Shown piece by piece: positions 19,319 to 29,517 of a stretch of DNA of 64,000 bases. Each line of letters begins with the position of its first letter. Position 1 is the first letter of the stretch. Source of the stretch: Flavobacteriales bacterium (GTDB taxonomy: Bacteria > Bacteroidota > Bacteroidia > Flavobacteriales_F > PHOS-HE28); contig JAMLHB010000001.1 of NCBI GenBank assembly GCA_023957375.1, positions 898,245 through 962,244 on the forward strand, written 5' to 3'. The notes under the pieces are model-generated. The model worked only from the letters and a program-made list of their open reading frames with translations. It was not told where the DNA came from and did no database searches. Position numbers and translations under genes: made by a program.

Positions 19319-20470
19319 GTGAGCCCTCCCACCCCACCGATCCCGCCCCACGGCCGCATCACGGATCCATTGGCGCGTTATGTCCTGGTGCTTTTGGCGC
19401 TGATCGGCACAGTAGCGGTCCTGGCTCTGGCCAAAGACCTGTTCATCCTGTTGTTCGTGGCCGGCATCTTCACTTTCCTGCTGCTTCCGCTTTGCCAAGC
19501 CATGGAACGCAGGGGCATCCCCTTGTGGCTGGCGGCCACGCTGAGCTGCATCCTGCTGGTGCTTTTGTTTTTCGGCGTGCTGGCCTTCCTCGGCGCCCAG
19601 TATGCGCATTTCGGCCGGGACCTGCCCCGGCTTGAAGCTGCCCTGATGGGCAAGGTGGGTGAAGCACAGGCCTATCTTGAGGGCCGCTTCGCCATTTCGC
19701 AGGACCGGCAGGTGGATTGGCTTCAGGGCAAGCTCGCCGAGCTGGCCGAGCGGGGAGCCACCATGGCAGTCCAGCTTTTCGCCGCCACGGGTGCGGCATT
19801 CGCCACGGCGGTGATCATCCCGATCATCACCTTCTTCCTGCTGCTGATGAAGGGCCGCTTCCGCGAGTTCTTCTCCCGCCTGCGCACCAACCGAGACGGT
19901 GCCGTGCTGCGCGTAGTGGAGAACATTGCCCTGCTTTCCCGCAAGTGGATCAGGGGCGTGCTGATCGTCATGGTCTTCGTGGCCGTGCTGGATTCCATCG
20001 GATTCCTGGTGCTGGGCCTGGAATACGCCATCCTGCTCGGCACCACGGCGGCGCTGCTCAATGTGATCCCGTACCTCGGTCCCTGGCTGGGCGCCCTGAT
20101 CCCCGTCGTGATCGCCTTGCTCACCAAGGATTCGGCCACGGCTGCCCTGGGCGTGGTGGCAGTGATCGCCGTAACGCAGTTCATGGACAACAATTTCATC
20201 ACCCCCAAGGTGGTGGGCTCCAGCGTAAGCATCAATCCGCTCGCCAGCATGGTCGCCTTGATCGCCTGGGGAGCCTTGTGGGGGTTCATGGGCCTGATCC
20301 TCGCTATTCCCATCACCGGCATGATCAAGCTCGTGTTCGACGAAATACCCACGCTGAAACCCTGGGGTTACCTGCTTGGTGATGACAAGGCCCCGGCGAA
20401 GGTGCACTTGCGGGTGCCCCGCCTGCCATTCCGGCGGCGCAAAGCGCCCAAGGCCGATCCGGGCCAATGA
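19319..20470 (+). CDS. AI-2E family transporter (PerM/YhhT-like)
   Basis: 8 TM helices; conserved LLNVIPYLGPWLGA and ILAIPITGMIKLV motifs. Confidence 0.85.
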   Translation: MSPPTPPIPPHGRITDPLARYVLVLLALIGTVAVLALAKDLFILLFVAGIFTFLLLPLCQAMERRGIPLWLAATLSCILLVLLFFGVLAFLGAQYAHFGRDLPRLEAALMGKVGEAQAYLEGRFAISQDRQVDWLQGKLAELAERGATMAVQLFAATGAAFATAVIIPIITFFLLLMKGRFREFFSRLRTNRDGAVLRVVENIALLSRKWIRGVLIVMVFVAVLDSIGFLVLGLEYAILLGTTAALLNVIPYLGPWLGALIPVVIALLTKDSATAALGVVAVIAVTQFMDNNFITPKVVGSSVSINPLASMVALIAWGALWGFMGLILAIPITGMIKLVFDEIPTLKPWGYLLGDDKAPAKVHLRVPRLPFRRRKAPKADPGQ

Positions 20471-20480
20471 ACGGCGGGCC

Positions 20481-21653
20481 TCACAGCACCTGCAGCACCA
20501 TACACTTCAAGTAGTGCGTCTCAGGAATGGACCAATGCACGGGATGGTCCGAGGGCTGTCCGCCCCTGTACACTTCGCGCAACTCGCGGTGTGCATCCTT
20601 GGCGGCATCGGCAATGGTTTGGCGGAACAAATCGGTCACCATGTGCTGTGAACAGGAGCAAGTGACCATGAATCCGCCCGGCGGCAGCATCTTGATGGCA
20701 CGCAAGTTGATCTCCTTGTAACCCCTCAGGGCGCCGTCCAGCGCGGCACGGCTTTTGGCAAAAGCCGGCGGGTCCAACACCACCACATCCCACGGCCCTC
20801 CCGCCGCCGCCGGCGAGGACAGGAAGTCGAACACGTTTACGGCCTCGAAGCGGCACGTGCCCTCCAAGCCGTTCAACCGGGCATTGTGCCGGGCGAGCTC
20901 CACGGCATCGGCGCTGATATCCAGTCCAAGCACCTCACGAGCCCCGTACTTGGCCGCATGCAGGGCAAAGCCACCGGTATGGGTGAAGCAATCCAGCACC
21001 TTGGCTCCCCGTGCCATGTGTTCGAGGGCCGCATGGTTCAGCCGCTGGTCCAGGAAATGCCCGGTTTTCTGCCCTTCCGCCACATCCACGGCGAAGAGCA
21101 GGTCATTTTCACGTATCTCCAACCGTGTATCAAAAGCTTCGCCGATGAAGCCCTTCACCTGCGGCAGTCCCTCTTTTTCCCGCACGGGCACATCATTGCG
21201 TTCATAGATGCCGCGTGGCTGCACCACTTCGCGCAGTGCTTGCACCACTTCCGCCTTGAAGCGGTCCATGCCAAGTGCCAAGGTCTGCACCACCAGCACA
21301 TCGTTGAACTTGTCCACCACCAAGGCCGGCAGCCCGTCGGCTTCACCGAACACCACCCGGCAGCTCGCCGGTTGGCCCATGCGTATGCGCAGGTCCCATG
21401 CTGCCTGCACCTTCCGCCTGAAAAAGCCCGCATCGATCGGCTCATCCAGGTCCTTGGTGAGCATACGCACCCGGATCTGCGACAGCGGGTTGAAGTAACC
21501 CTGCCCCAAAGGGCCGCGCTTCACGTCGAACACCTGCACCACATCACCGGGCGCCGGACGGCCGTCCATGCGCAGCACTTGATTGCCGTACACCCACGGG
21601 TGGCCCGAACGCACTCGTTGGCGCGTGTCATCGATGTAGAGCCGGTTGCGCAT
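20481..21653 (-). CDS. rlmI: 23S rRNA (cytosine1962-C5)-methyltransferase RlmI-like (PUA + class I SAM MTase)
   Basis: PUA-like N-terminus; LDCFTHTGGFALHAA, LGLDIS and DPPAFAKS motifs. Confidence 0.8.
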   Translation of the reverse strand: MRNRLYIDDTRQRVRSGHPWVYGNQVLRMDGRPAPGDVVQVFDVKRGPLGQGYFNPLSQIRVRMLTKDLDEPIDAGFFRRKVQAAWDLRIRMGQPASCRVVFGEADGLPALVVDKFNDVLVVQTLALGMDRFKAEVVQALREVVQPRGIYERNDVPVREKEGLPQVKGFIGEAFDTRLEIRENDLLFAVDVAEGQKTGHFLDQRLNHAALEHMARGAKVLDCFTHTGGFALHAAKYGAREVLGLDISADAVELARHNARLNGLEGTCRFEAVNVFDFLSSPAAAGGPWDVVVLDPPAFAKSRAALDGALRGYKEINLRAIKMLPPGGFMVTCSCSQHMVTDLFRQTIADAAKDAHRELREVYRGGQPSDHPVHWSIPETHYLKCMVLQVL

Positions 21654-21762
21654 CTCGGGGCGCGAAGGTAGACCTGCGGCGGCGGCGCGATCGGGCCAAC
21701 GGGGCCTACTCTACGGGCAACGGCGGATACAACAGCAGCATGAAGGCTAACTTTGGTCCTCG

Positions 21763-23163
21763 ATGACCGCCCGCTCCCTCCTGCTCCCGGCCTGTTTGCT
21801 CACCCTATGGGCACATGCGCAAAACCGCCTTGATGCCGTGGTGGAAACCAAACGATTCCACGAACCTGGCAAGGGCGAACTGGTGGACGTGAACATCTCC
21901 GTCCTCGGCAGCACGGCAGTATGGGCCATGGACGACCGGGGATTTGTGCAGGCCAAGGTGGATGCGCTCATCACCGTGGGCCGCGATGGAGGCATCGTTG
22001 ATTTCCGCAAAGTGCAGGTGGCCTCGCCCGAACGCTCGGATACGCTCCAAGGAGACTTCACCTTCCAGGAGCGCTTCCTGTTGAGCCCCGGGGCCTATGT
22101 TGTTACCGTAAGGCTCCACGATGCCAACTTGGCCGATACCGCCGGCACCTTCGTGGAACTGCCCTTGGTGGTGGCCGCCCGTAGCGGGGATGCCACGCTT
22201 TCCGACATCATGTTCACCCGGAAGCAACTGGATGGACGTGAAGTGGTGCCTTTCCCCGGTTCGTACTTTCCCGCTGAGGAAAACAGAATGGGCATTTATT
22301 CCGAAGCCTACGGAACCTTGGACCGCTTCGGAAGCCAAGGCCCCTTTCTGGGGGTCGCACAAATAGAGCATTACGAGGCCGGCGGCATCGTGGGCAACTT
22401 CAGGCACGTCCAGCGCCTCACCGCGGACACGGTGGTGCCCATGGCGCTGGAGTTCGGCATCGGCAAGCTCCCCACCGGCAACTACTTGCTGGCCGTTGAA
22501 CTGCGGGACCGCAATGACTCGCTCGTGCAGCGCCGCACCCAGTTCTTCCAACGCAACAACCCCATTGTGCTGGACCCCGGGTCCATCATGGATGGGGCGC
22601 TAGGGCCCAATTTCACCGATGCGTTCACCGACGTGGACACCTTGGCCGAGTACCTCCTTTCCATGCGGCCCATTGCGGACGACCTGGAGCGGAAAATGAT
22701 CGATGACCAAGCTAAGAACCGCAACCCCGGGGTGATGCGCCAAGTGATCTATGCGTTCTGGTACAACCGTGCCCCTACCGACCCCAAAAGTGCATGGGAG
22801 CGTTACCTGCAGGCGGTGCAGTACGCCAATAAACACTACGGTTGCCGCAATATGCGCGGCTTCCAGAGCGACCAGGGGTACATCTACCTCCGCTATGGGG
22901 CCCCGAACACCGTGGTGGACCGAAGGAATGAAACCGGCGTGGTACCCTACATGATCTGGCATTACTACCGGTCCGGCCGTTACTCGGACCGCCGCTTCGT
23001 CTTTTACCAACCTGAACGCTCCACCACGTGCTGGACCCTGCTGACTTCGGACATGCCCGGGGAGATCAACAACAGCCGGTGGCTGGACCAGATCGTGCCC
23101 GGCGCCTCCGATGGCGGCCTCAAGCGCGAGGAGGTGATGGAAAACTACAACAACCCGAGGTGA
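21763..23163 (+). CDS. hypothetical secreted protein, possible GWxTD-domain family
   Basis: Signal peptide. C-terminal region (FWYNRAPTDP...MRGFQSDQGYIYLRYGAPN...YMIWHY) resembles the GWxTD domain. Family assignment is tentative. Confidence 0.5.
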   Translation: MTARSLLLPACLLTLWAHAQNRLDAVVETKRFHEPGKGELVDVNISVLGSTAVWAMDDRGFVQAKVDALITVGRDGGIVDFRKVQVASPERSDTLQGDFTFQERFLLSPGAYVVTVRLHDANLADTAGTFVELPLVVAARSGDATLSDIMFTRKQLDGREVVPFPGSYFPAEENRMGIYSEAYGTLDRFGSQGPFLGVAQIEHYEAGGIVGNFRHVQRLTADTVVPMALEFGIGKLPTGNYLLAVELRDRNDSLVQRRTQFFQRNNPIVLDPGSIMDGALGPNFTDAFTDVDTLAEYLLSMRPIADDLERKMIDDQAKNRNPGVMRQVIYAFWYNRAPTDPKSAWERYLQAVQYANKHYGCRNMRGFQSDQGYIYLRYGAPNTVVDRRNETGVVPYMIWHYYRSGRYSDRRFVFYQPERSTTCWTLLTSDMPGEINNSRWLDQIVPGASDGGLKREEVMENYNNPR

Positions 23164-23234
23164 CGCCCGCTGCCATCAAGGCCCAATGGTGCCTCCGCAG
23201 GGTGGATCGATCGGGTTCCCAGTAATTTCGGGCC

Positions 23235-24251
23235 GTGCCAACGGTATTGCCCATCGAACGCTTTCTGGAGGCCGGCGTGCCGGTGCTGGATGTACGCTCA
23301 CCGGGTGAATTCACCCAGGGGCATATCCCGGGTGCGGTGAACCTTCCCTTGTTCAGCGATGGCGAACGGGCGGCGGTGGGCACACTTTACAAACAACAAG
23401 GCCGCGATGCCGCCATGTTGGAAGGTTTGCGCATCGTGGGTCCCAAACTGGCCACCCTGGTGGAGCAAGCCCGGTCCATCGCCCCCGGGGGGAAGGTGGC
23501 CGTGCATTGCTGGCGTGGCGGCGAACGCAGTGCCAGCGTGGCCTGGCTTCTTGAAAAAGCCGGGTATGTCAACGTGGCCACTTTGGCCCATGGCTACAAA
23601 GCCTTCCGCCACCACGTGCTCGCCTCCATCGGCCAACCTTGGAACCTGCAGGTCCTTGGGGGCTTCACCGGAACCGGGAAAACCCGTTTGCTTCAGCAGC
23701 TCCGCCAGCAAGGTGCGCAAGTGCTGGACCTGGAAGCCTTGGCGCGCCACAGGGGATCGGCCTTCGGTGGCATAGGGCAACCGGCACAACCATCCACCGA
23801 GCAGTTCGAAAACCTCATTTGGGCAGGGCTCCGCCACATGAACCTCGGCAGGCCCGTATGGGTGGAAGATGAAAGCCAACTGGTGGGCCACGCCAAAATA
23901 CCCGATGCTTTCTTCCTACAGATGCGCAACGCCCCGTTGACCTTTGTGGACCTGCCCCTGACTGAGCGCGCAAGAAATTTGGTGGAGGACTACGGCTTCC
24001 TTCCCAAGGAGGAACTTGCAGCTGCGGTGCTGAGGATCCAGAAACGCCTTGGGCCGCAATGGACCAAGGCCGCCTTGGAGGCCTTGGACAATGACAACTT
24101 GGGGAAGGTGGCTGAGATCACCTTGGCCTATTACGACAAAACCTACCGCCGGGGCTTGGCCCACCGCCCCCCTGAGGGCATCCGCCGGATCCCCGCCACA
24201 AACCTGTCCGTGGCAGACCTGGCCCAACACATCCTTGAAGATGACCAATGA
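23235..24251 (+). CDS. selU: tRNA 2-selenouridine synthase
   Basis: Rhodanese domain (LDVRSPGEF, CWRGGERS) followed by a P-loop (GFTGTGKT). mnmH/ybbB family. Confidence 0.85.
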   Translation: MPTVLPIERFLEAGVPVLDVRSPGEFTQGHIPGAVNLPLFSDGERAAVGTLYKQQGRDAAMLEGLRIVGPKLATLVEQARSIAPGGKVAVHCWRGGERSASVAWLLEKAGYVNVATLAHGYKAFRHHVLASIGQPWNLQVLGGFTGTGKTRLLQQLRQQGAQVLDLEALARHRGSAFGGIGQPAQPSTEQFENLIWAGLRHMNLGRPVWVEDESQLVGHAKIPDAFFLQMRNAPLTFVDLPLTERARNLVEDYGFLPKEELAAAVLRIQKRLGPQWTKAALEALDNDNLGKVAEITLAYYDKTYRRGLAHRPPEGIRRIPATNLSVADLAQHILEDDQ

Positions 24252-25299
24252 ACAACCACCGCCTGTGCTCCTGACGCAATACAGCCATGGCGCTGGGTGC
24301 GGCTGCAAGATCGCGCCCAATGAACTGGAGAAGATCCTGAAGGGTGCCATAGGCAGCATGCCCGACCCCAAGCTGCTGGTGGGCTTCCAAACCCGTGATG
24401 ATGCCGCCGTGTACGACATCGGCGACGGGCGGGCGGTGATCAGCACCACCGACTTTTTCATGCCCATTGTGGATGACGCCTTCGATTTCGGCCGCATTGC
24501 CGCCACCAACGCCCTGAGCGATGTGTATGCCATGGGCGGAAAGCCGCTGATGGCCGTGGCCATTCTCGGCTGGCCCTTGGAAAAGCTCGGTGCGCCACTG
24601 GCTGCCCGGGTTGTGGACGGCGGCCGGAAGGCTTGCCTTGATGCCGGTATTCCCCTGGCCGGCGGACACACCATTGATGCGCCGGAGCCTTTCTTCGGCT
24701 TGGCTGTCACCGGCGAAGTGGAGATCCGCCACCTGAAGCGCAACGACTCTGCCTGTGAGGGCGATGTGCTGCTGCTCACCAAACCCATTGGCGTCGGGGT
24801 CCTAAGTACTGCCAGAAAGCGGGGCATCCTCCGCCCTGAACACGGCGACATAGCGCGCGACCTGATGGTCGCCCCCAATGCGGTGGGCGCCATGCTGGGC
24901 CGCATGGAGGGAGTGCATGCCCTTACCGATGTGACCGGGTTCGGACTGCTGGGCCATTTACTTGAAATGTGCAAGGGCAGCGGCTTGGCCGCCACGATCA
25001 ATTATGCCGATGTGCCCGTGATCCCCGAGAGTGCGGCATACGTCAAGCAGGGATGTTATGCGGACGGTGCCCTTCGAAATTGGAATAGCCTGGCACAACA
25101 CGTCGAAGGAAAGTTGGGCATGGAACCGTTGTTGATCTTGAACGACCCACAAACCAGCGGAGGATTGCTCGTCGCCTGCAATCCTCTGTTTATGGATGAA
25201 ATAACATCATTGGTCGAAAGTCAGGGTGGTCGTGCATCTATGATCGGAAGAATGCTTGGACCGGCAGATGAAAAATTCATTTCCGTGGAAATGCAATAA
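24241..25299 (+). CDS. selD: selenide, water dikinase
   Basis: GAGCGCKI (Cys-type active site), TTDFF and PurM-like fold. Start ATG 24241 overlaps the selU stop by 11 bp. Confidence 0.9.
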   Translation: MTNEQPPPVLLTQYSHGAGCGCKIAPNELEKILKGAIGSMPDPKLLVGFQTRDDAAVYDIGDGRAVISTTDFFMPIVDDAFDFGRIAATNALSDVYAMGGKPLMAVAILGWPLEKLGAPLAARVVDGGRKACLDAGIPLAGGHTIDAPEPFFGLAVTGEVEIRHLKRNDSACEGDVLLLTKPIGVGVLSTARKRGILRPEHGDIARDLMVAPNAVGAMLGRMEGVHALTDVTGFGLLGHLLEMCKGSGLAATINYADVPVIPESAAYVKQGCYADGALRNWNSLAQHVEGKLGMEPLLILNDPQTSGGLLVACNPLFMDEITSLVESQGGRASMIGRMLGPADEKFISVEMQ

Positions 25300-25384
25300 T
25301 TGATGGAAATATTTGCAAATTCTTGGTATTGCGTTCAGAAACTCGCTTCGGTGAACTGTACTTTTGCTCCATAAACCTGAACTA

Positions 25385-25996
25385 ATGGCAAAAAGACGCC
25401 TGAACGAGAAGAACATCGACCAACTTTTGGCGCATTACCGCAATGAACGTCGGCACCTTGTCTATCAATTGGACCTGGTGAAAGCCGCCATCGAAGATTT
25501 GAAACAGCAAAAGGTCAGTGGTGGATCCGGCACCGATGGAAAGGAAGCGACTGATGGGGTGAAGGAAGTGAAGGTGAAACGCGGGCCGGGACGCCCCAAA
25601 GGCAGCACGAACAAGGTGGCAGGCAAGCCTGGAAGGCCTAAAAAGCGCGAACGCAAGGAACGCGAGCTGAACGAATGGGACAAGATGGTGATCGACACGA
25701 TCACCGACCGCGGGCTGCTGCTCCCCAAGGAGGACCTGTTGGATGCGGCGACTACCTGGGCGAAGGTTTACAAACCGCAATTGTCCAAACCGGAAGTGGA
25801 AACTTTTCTGACCCGTACGCTCCAAAAGCTTAGCGGCAAGAAGAAGCTGCTCGGCACCCACCACAGCGGACTGCGCCGCGGGTACCACTACGGATTGATC
25901 GACTGGTTCTTCCAAAGTAGCGGCAAGTTGCGCAAGCAGCATTACGACCGTTTGGTGCTGAAGCCCGCAACAGAACTGGAACCGGCGGAAGCCTAA
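25385..25996 (+). CDS. hypothetical AT-hook containing DNA-binding protein
   Basis: Two GRP AT-hook cores (KRGPGRPKGS, GKPGRPKKRERK) in a Lys-rich protein. TTG at 25364 or ATG at 25385. Confidence 0.55.
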   Translation: MAKRRLNEKNIDQLLAHYRNERRHLVYQLDLVKAAIEDLKQQKVSGGSGTDGKEATDGVKEVKVKRGPGRPKGSTNKVAGKPGRPKKRERKERELNEWDKMVIDTITDRGLLLPKEDLLDAATTWAKVYKPQLSKPEVETFLTRTLQKLSGKKKLLGTHHSGLRRGYHYGLIDWFFQSSGKLRKQHYDRLVLKPATELEPAEA

Positions 25997-26084
25997 CCTT
26001 GCAAACATGACGAATGGCGGCCCTGGTGCCGCCATTCCTGTTTGCGGCCCAGTGGTTAACTTGGCCGTTACATTCCTCCGGCAC

Positions 26085-26528
26085 ATGAAGAATATCCTTG
26101 TCGCCCTTGAGCTGAGGGCCGATACAGCCCGGGTGCTCCGGCAGGCCACTGAACTGGCCGTTGCTTGCCATGCCAAGCTGTGGTTGTTGCATGTGGCCGA
26201 CCCCGACCCCGACTTTGTGGGGTATGAAGCAGGCCCCCAATACATACGCGACATCCGGGCCGAGGCGCTGAAGGAAGAACGTGCCAAGCTCCATCAGATC
26301 ATCTCCGACCTCACCCTCCAAAAGGTGGAAGCCCAGCCCATTATGGTGATGGGCTCTACGGCGGAAACCATCCTGGCCGAAGCCGAGCGGTTGAACGTGG
26401 ACCTGATCGTGATGGGAACGCATGGACGGCGGGGCTTGGCCAAGGCGTTCTTGGGCAGCACCAGCGATGATGTGTTGCGCGCCAACCGGTTCAGTGTGCT
26501 GGTGGTGCCCACGCCCTCCGAAGGGTAG
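26085..26528 (+). CDS. uspA: universal stress protein
   Basis: MKNILVALEL..., VMGTHGRRG and FLGSTSDDVLR motifs. Confidence 0.8.
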   Translation: MKNILVALELRADTARVLRQATELAVACHAKLWLLHVADPDPDFVGYEAGPQYIRDIRAEALKEERAKLHQIISDLTLQKVEAQPIMVMGSTAETILAEAERLNVDLIVMGTHGRRGLAKAFLGSTSDDVLRANRFSVLVVPTPSEG

Positions 26529-26561
26529 CGACCAGGGCGGAGAGCTCGGCCACATCATTTT

Positions 26562-26597
26562 CCCTCCCTTCCGGCCGGAAGGGAGGGGCTGCTTTTG
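26562..26597 (+). terminator. rho-independent terminator after usp
   Basis: Perfect 13-bp inverted repeat CCCTCCCTTCCGG/CCGGAAGGGAGGG followed by GCTGCTTTT. Confidence 0.55.
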
Positions 26598-26604
26598 AAA
26601 AGGG

Positions 26605-27120
26605 ATGAAACACCACTTGCACAACGTCATTAAGCCATCAGCATTGGCGCTGGCCCTGCTAACGGCATCCGTTTCCACCGCACAATCCAGCGGCTTCGGG
26701 GCCGGCATCATCCTGGGGGAACCCACGGGCATTTCGGTCAAGGGCTGGGTCGGAAACGACCGTGCCATCGACGGTGCCGTGGCCTGGTCCGTCCGCGACC
26801 GGGCGTACCTCAGCCTGCATGCCGACCTCCTCTTCCACAACATGGAACTGATCAAGCTCGGCAAAGGACGCATGCCGCTATACTACGGCCCGGGTTTGCG
26901 CCTGCGCTCCTGGAACGGTGACCGTTATTGGGACCATGGGCGATGGCACCGGTACGATGGCAGCCGCACCAGCTTGGGCGTCCGGTTCCCCGTTGGGTTG
27001 GCCTATCTGCCGGACAAGGCTCCAGTGGACATCTTCCTGGAACTGGTGCCGGTGTTGGACCTGCTGCCCGGAACCTCCTTCGATGTCAGCGGGGCTATTG
27101 GCGTCCGCTACTGGTTCTGA
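26605..27120 (+). CDS. outer-membrane beta-barrel protein (small)
   Basis: Signal peptide, alternating amphipathic strands, C-terminal aromatic residue (RYWF). Confidence 0.55.
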   Translation: MKHHLHNVIKPSALALALLTASVSTAQSSGFGAGIILGEPTGISVKGWVGNDRAIDGAVAWSVRDRAYLSLHADLLFHNMELIKLGKGRMPLYYGPGLRLRSWNGDRYWDHGRWHRYDGSRTSLGVRFPVGLAYLPDKAPVDIFLELVPVLDLLPGTSFDVSGAIGVRYWF

Positions 27121-27757
27121 TGCGGCGTACGGGAGAGCGGTCCAGCCCCTTGTTCGCCGCCAACGGCCCCTTGTAGAGCAGGTAGTACACGCCGGCTGAA
27201 ACGGTGCAACCGATGGCGGCCCCGGCCAGGATATCTTCGGTGAAATGCTGGGACAGGTACACCCGTGAGAAAGCCATCAGGGCGGCCAGCACGGCCAAGG
27301 CCATCGCCAGTGGCCTGCGGCCGATCACAACGGCCACTGCCGCACACATGCTATACGCCGCAGTGGCATGGCCGCTGGGGAAACTGAAATGCTGGTGCAG
27401 GTCCAGGCCGGAAACCAACTGCAGGCCCGGCATCTGCCCCAGGAACATCGAGGGCCGATCGAGGTCGAACACCGCGCGCTTGAGGAACTGGGTCAACAGA
27501 GCGCTCAGACCGGTGGACAGGCCCATCATCAGGGCCGCCCGCCAATTGGCCAGCAATAGCAACAAGGCTGCGGCCACGGCCACCCAGCCGTTGGCCATGG
27601 TGGTCAACACCAGGAACGTGCCATCCAGCAACGCACTGTGCCAACTGTTCATGGCCACGTGAAAGTGGAAGCGTCCCATTTGCCACAGCCCCGCCATGGC
27701 CGGCATGGCCAGCACCACGCTCACCAGCAGGAAATACCGAAGGCTCTTGTCACGCAT
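27095..27757 (-). CDS. PAP2 family phosphatase
   Basis: KR..., PSGH and SRVYLSQHF acid-phosphatase motifs; multiple TM helices. Start at ATG 27757. Confidence 0.8.
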   Translation of the reverse strand: MRDKSLRYFLLVSVVLAMPAMAGLWQMGRFHFHVAMNSWHSALLDGTFLVLTTMANGWVAVAAALLLLLANWRAALMMGLSTGLSALLTQFLKRAVFDLDRPSMFLGQMPGLQLVSGLDLHQHFSFPSGHATAAYSMCAAVAVVIGRRPLAMALAVLAALMAFSRVYLSQHFTEDILAGAAIGCTVSAGVYYLLYKGPLAANKGLDRSPVRRIRTSSGRQ

Positions 27758-27844
27758 GGCCCAAAGGTATTCGCATCCCCAGGCAGGCCATGGGCACAAA
27801 AAAAGCACCGGGACCGGTGCCTTTTTTCAATGGGGTGGGCAGCC

Positions 27845-28084
27845 TCAGGCGTTGTAGTAGCCTTTTGCCTTGGCCCGCTTGATGGCCTCGGCGATGCCCA
27901 ACTTGGAGATCGTGCGCATGCCGGCAGCGCTCACCCGCAGGCTCACCGTACGGTTCTCTTCGGGGATGAAGTACTTGCGGTCCTGCAAATTGGGCACGAA
28001 CGTGCGGCGGGTCTTGCGGTTGGAGTGGCTCACCTTGTTGCCCGTGACAACTTGCTTTCCGGTGATCTGGCAGATGCGTGACAT
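27845..28084 (-). CDS. rpmB: 50S ribosomal protein L28
   Basis: [34 protein letters not shown]... is the canonical L28 sequence. Confidence 0.9.
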   Translation of the reverse strand: MSRICQITGKQVVTGNKVSHSNRKTRRTFVPNLQDRKYFIPEENRTVSLRVSAAGMRTISKLGIAEAIKRAKAKGYYNA

Positions 28085-28198
28085 GGCGTTGCGTTTTCGG
28101 GCTGCAAATGTAGGAAAAAGCTTGAATTTACGGTGAAAGGCCCATGTCGCCCACAAATCCCTTCGCCCTCGCGCGCCTCCGCCTTGCAGGGCCTTGGG

Positions 28199-29482
28199 TT
28201 ACCCCTTCGTTCGTGGAGCCGAGATCAATTGTTTGCGCAGCATGTTCAGCGCGGCGGTCGCAGCCCGGCTGATCACCAGGTCGCGGGTACCCATGAACAC
28301 GCCCCGCTCGCTCACCACCCCGTCCGGGCCTGCCACCGCTATCCAAACGGTGCCCACCGGTTTGTCCGGGGTACCTCCGTCAGGACCTGCGATACCCGTG
28401 GTGGAAACCGCCCAATCGCTCTTCAGGGCTGTGCGCACCCCCATGGCCATCTGTTCCGCAACCGGGCCGCTCACCACACCATTGAGTTCCAGCATATCGC
28501 GGGGGATGCCCAATTCAGCCATCTTCACCGCATTGGCATAGCTCACCACTCCGCCGATGTAGTAGGCCGAACTGCCGGGCACCGAAGTGATCAGGTGGCT
28601 GAGGAAACCACCTGTGCAGCTTTCGGCCAAAGAAAGGGTCTGACCAGATTCCCGCAGCAAGCCACCAACCACCTCTTCCAACTCGGTGCGACCTTCCCCG
28701 AAGATCAATTCCGGTATCAGGCGGTAAAGCGCTTCCACTTGCCGGTCCACCCTATTTCTGGTGAACGCCGCATCCTTCCCGGCATAACTGCTCAGGCGCA
28801 ACCTTACCTGGCCCGGTGAAGGCAGGTAGGCCAGCCTGATGCCTTCCCCCTCCAATCCACTTTCCCAATCGGACAGCCGCTCGGCCAAGGGTGTTTCACC
28901 CATCCCTGTGGTGCGGATGGTGCGGTGCACTATGGCCGGCGGCCTGAACATGCCCTGCAAGCGCGGAAGCACACTCCCGTGCATGATCGCCTGCATCTCG
29001 TAGGGAACCCCTGGGAGGCTTGCGAACACGCGCCCATCCTTTTCAAACCACATGCCGCTGGCCGTACCGAGCAGATTGGGCAGCACAGTGCAGGACTCGG
29101 GCAGCATCGCTTGGGCCAGGTCCGCCGGCTGGATCCTCCCGGGATCGCGTCCCAACCGGCTGAAAAGTCCAACCACCCGTGCCTCCGCTTCAGGGTTGCG
29201 CACCAGGCGGGTGCCGAAGAATTCGCACAAGGCACGCTTGGTGACATCATCCTTGGTTGGCCCCAAACCGCCAGTAAGCAAAACGATATCCGTACGGGTG
29301 GTCCGCAACGCGTCCACAATGGTGGCTTGGTCGTCGCCCACCACACGGCCCAGCACGGTGCGGATGCCTGCCAATCCCAGTTCCTGCCCTATCCAGGCGG
29401 CATTGGTGTTGAGCACCTGCCCAATGAGCAATTCGTCGCCGATGCACAAGCATTCGGCGGTTACTTCCCTGATGGTGTCCAT
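28199..29482 (-). CDS. cinA: competence/damage-inducible protein CinA (MoCF-binding + PncC deamidase domains)
   Basis: LCIGDELLIGQVLNTNAAW N-terminus; C-terminal CinA domain (ESCTGG...TGIAGP). Confidence 0.85.
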   Translation of the reverse strand: MDTIREVTAECLCIGDELLIGQVLNTNAAWIGQELGLAGIRTVLGRVVGDDQATIVDALRTTRTDIVLLTGGLGPTKDDVTKRALCEFFGTRLVRNPEAEARVVGLFSRLGRDPGRIQPADLAQAMLPESCTVLPNLLGTASGMWFEKDGRVFASLPGVPYEMQAIMHGSVLPRLQGMFRPPAIVHRTIRTTGMGETPLAERLSDWESGLEGEGIRLAYLPSPGQVRLRLSSYAGKDAAFTRNRVDRQVEALYRLIPELIFGEGRTELEEVVGGLLRESGQTLSLAESCTGGFLSHLITSVPGSSAYYIGGVVSYANAVKMAELGIPRDMLELNGVVSGPVAEQMAMGVRTALKSDWAVSTTGIAGPDGGTPDKPVGTVWIAVAGPDGVVSERGVFMGTRDLVISRAATAALNMLRKQLISAPRTKG

Positions 29483-29517
29483 GGCGTTCGTCTTGCTGGC
29501 GCGGTCGTCTCTTCCCG

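Noticed and set aside
19262-20467. 401-aa minus-strand ORF
   Set aside because: Antisense to the AI-2E transporter gene.
25382-26873. Long minus-strand ORFs across the AT-hook and usp genes
   Set aside because: Antisense to genes with clear motifs (Usp) and a terminator on the + strand.
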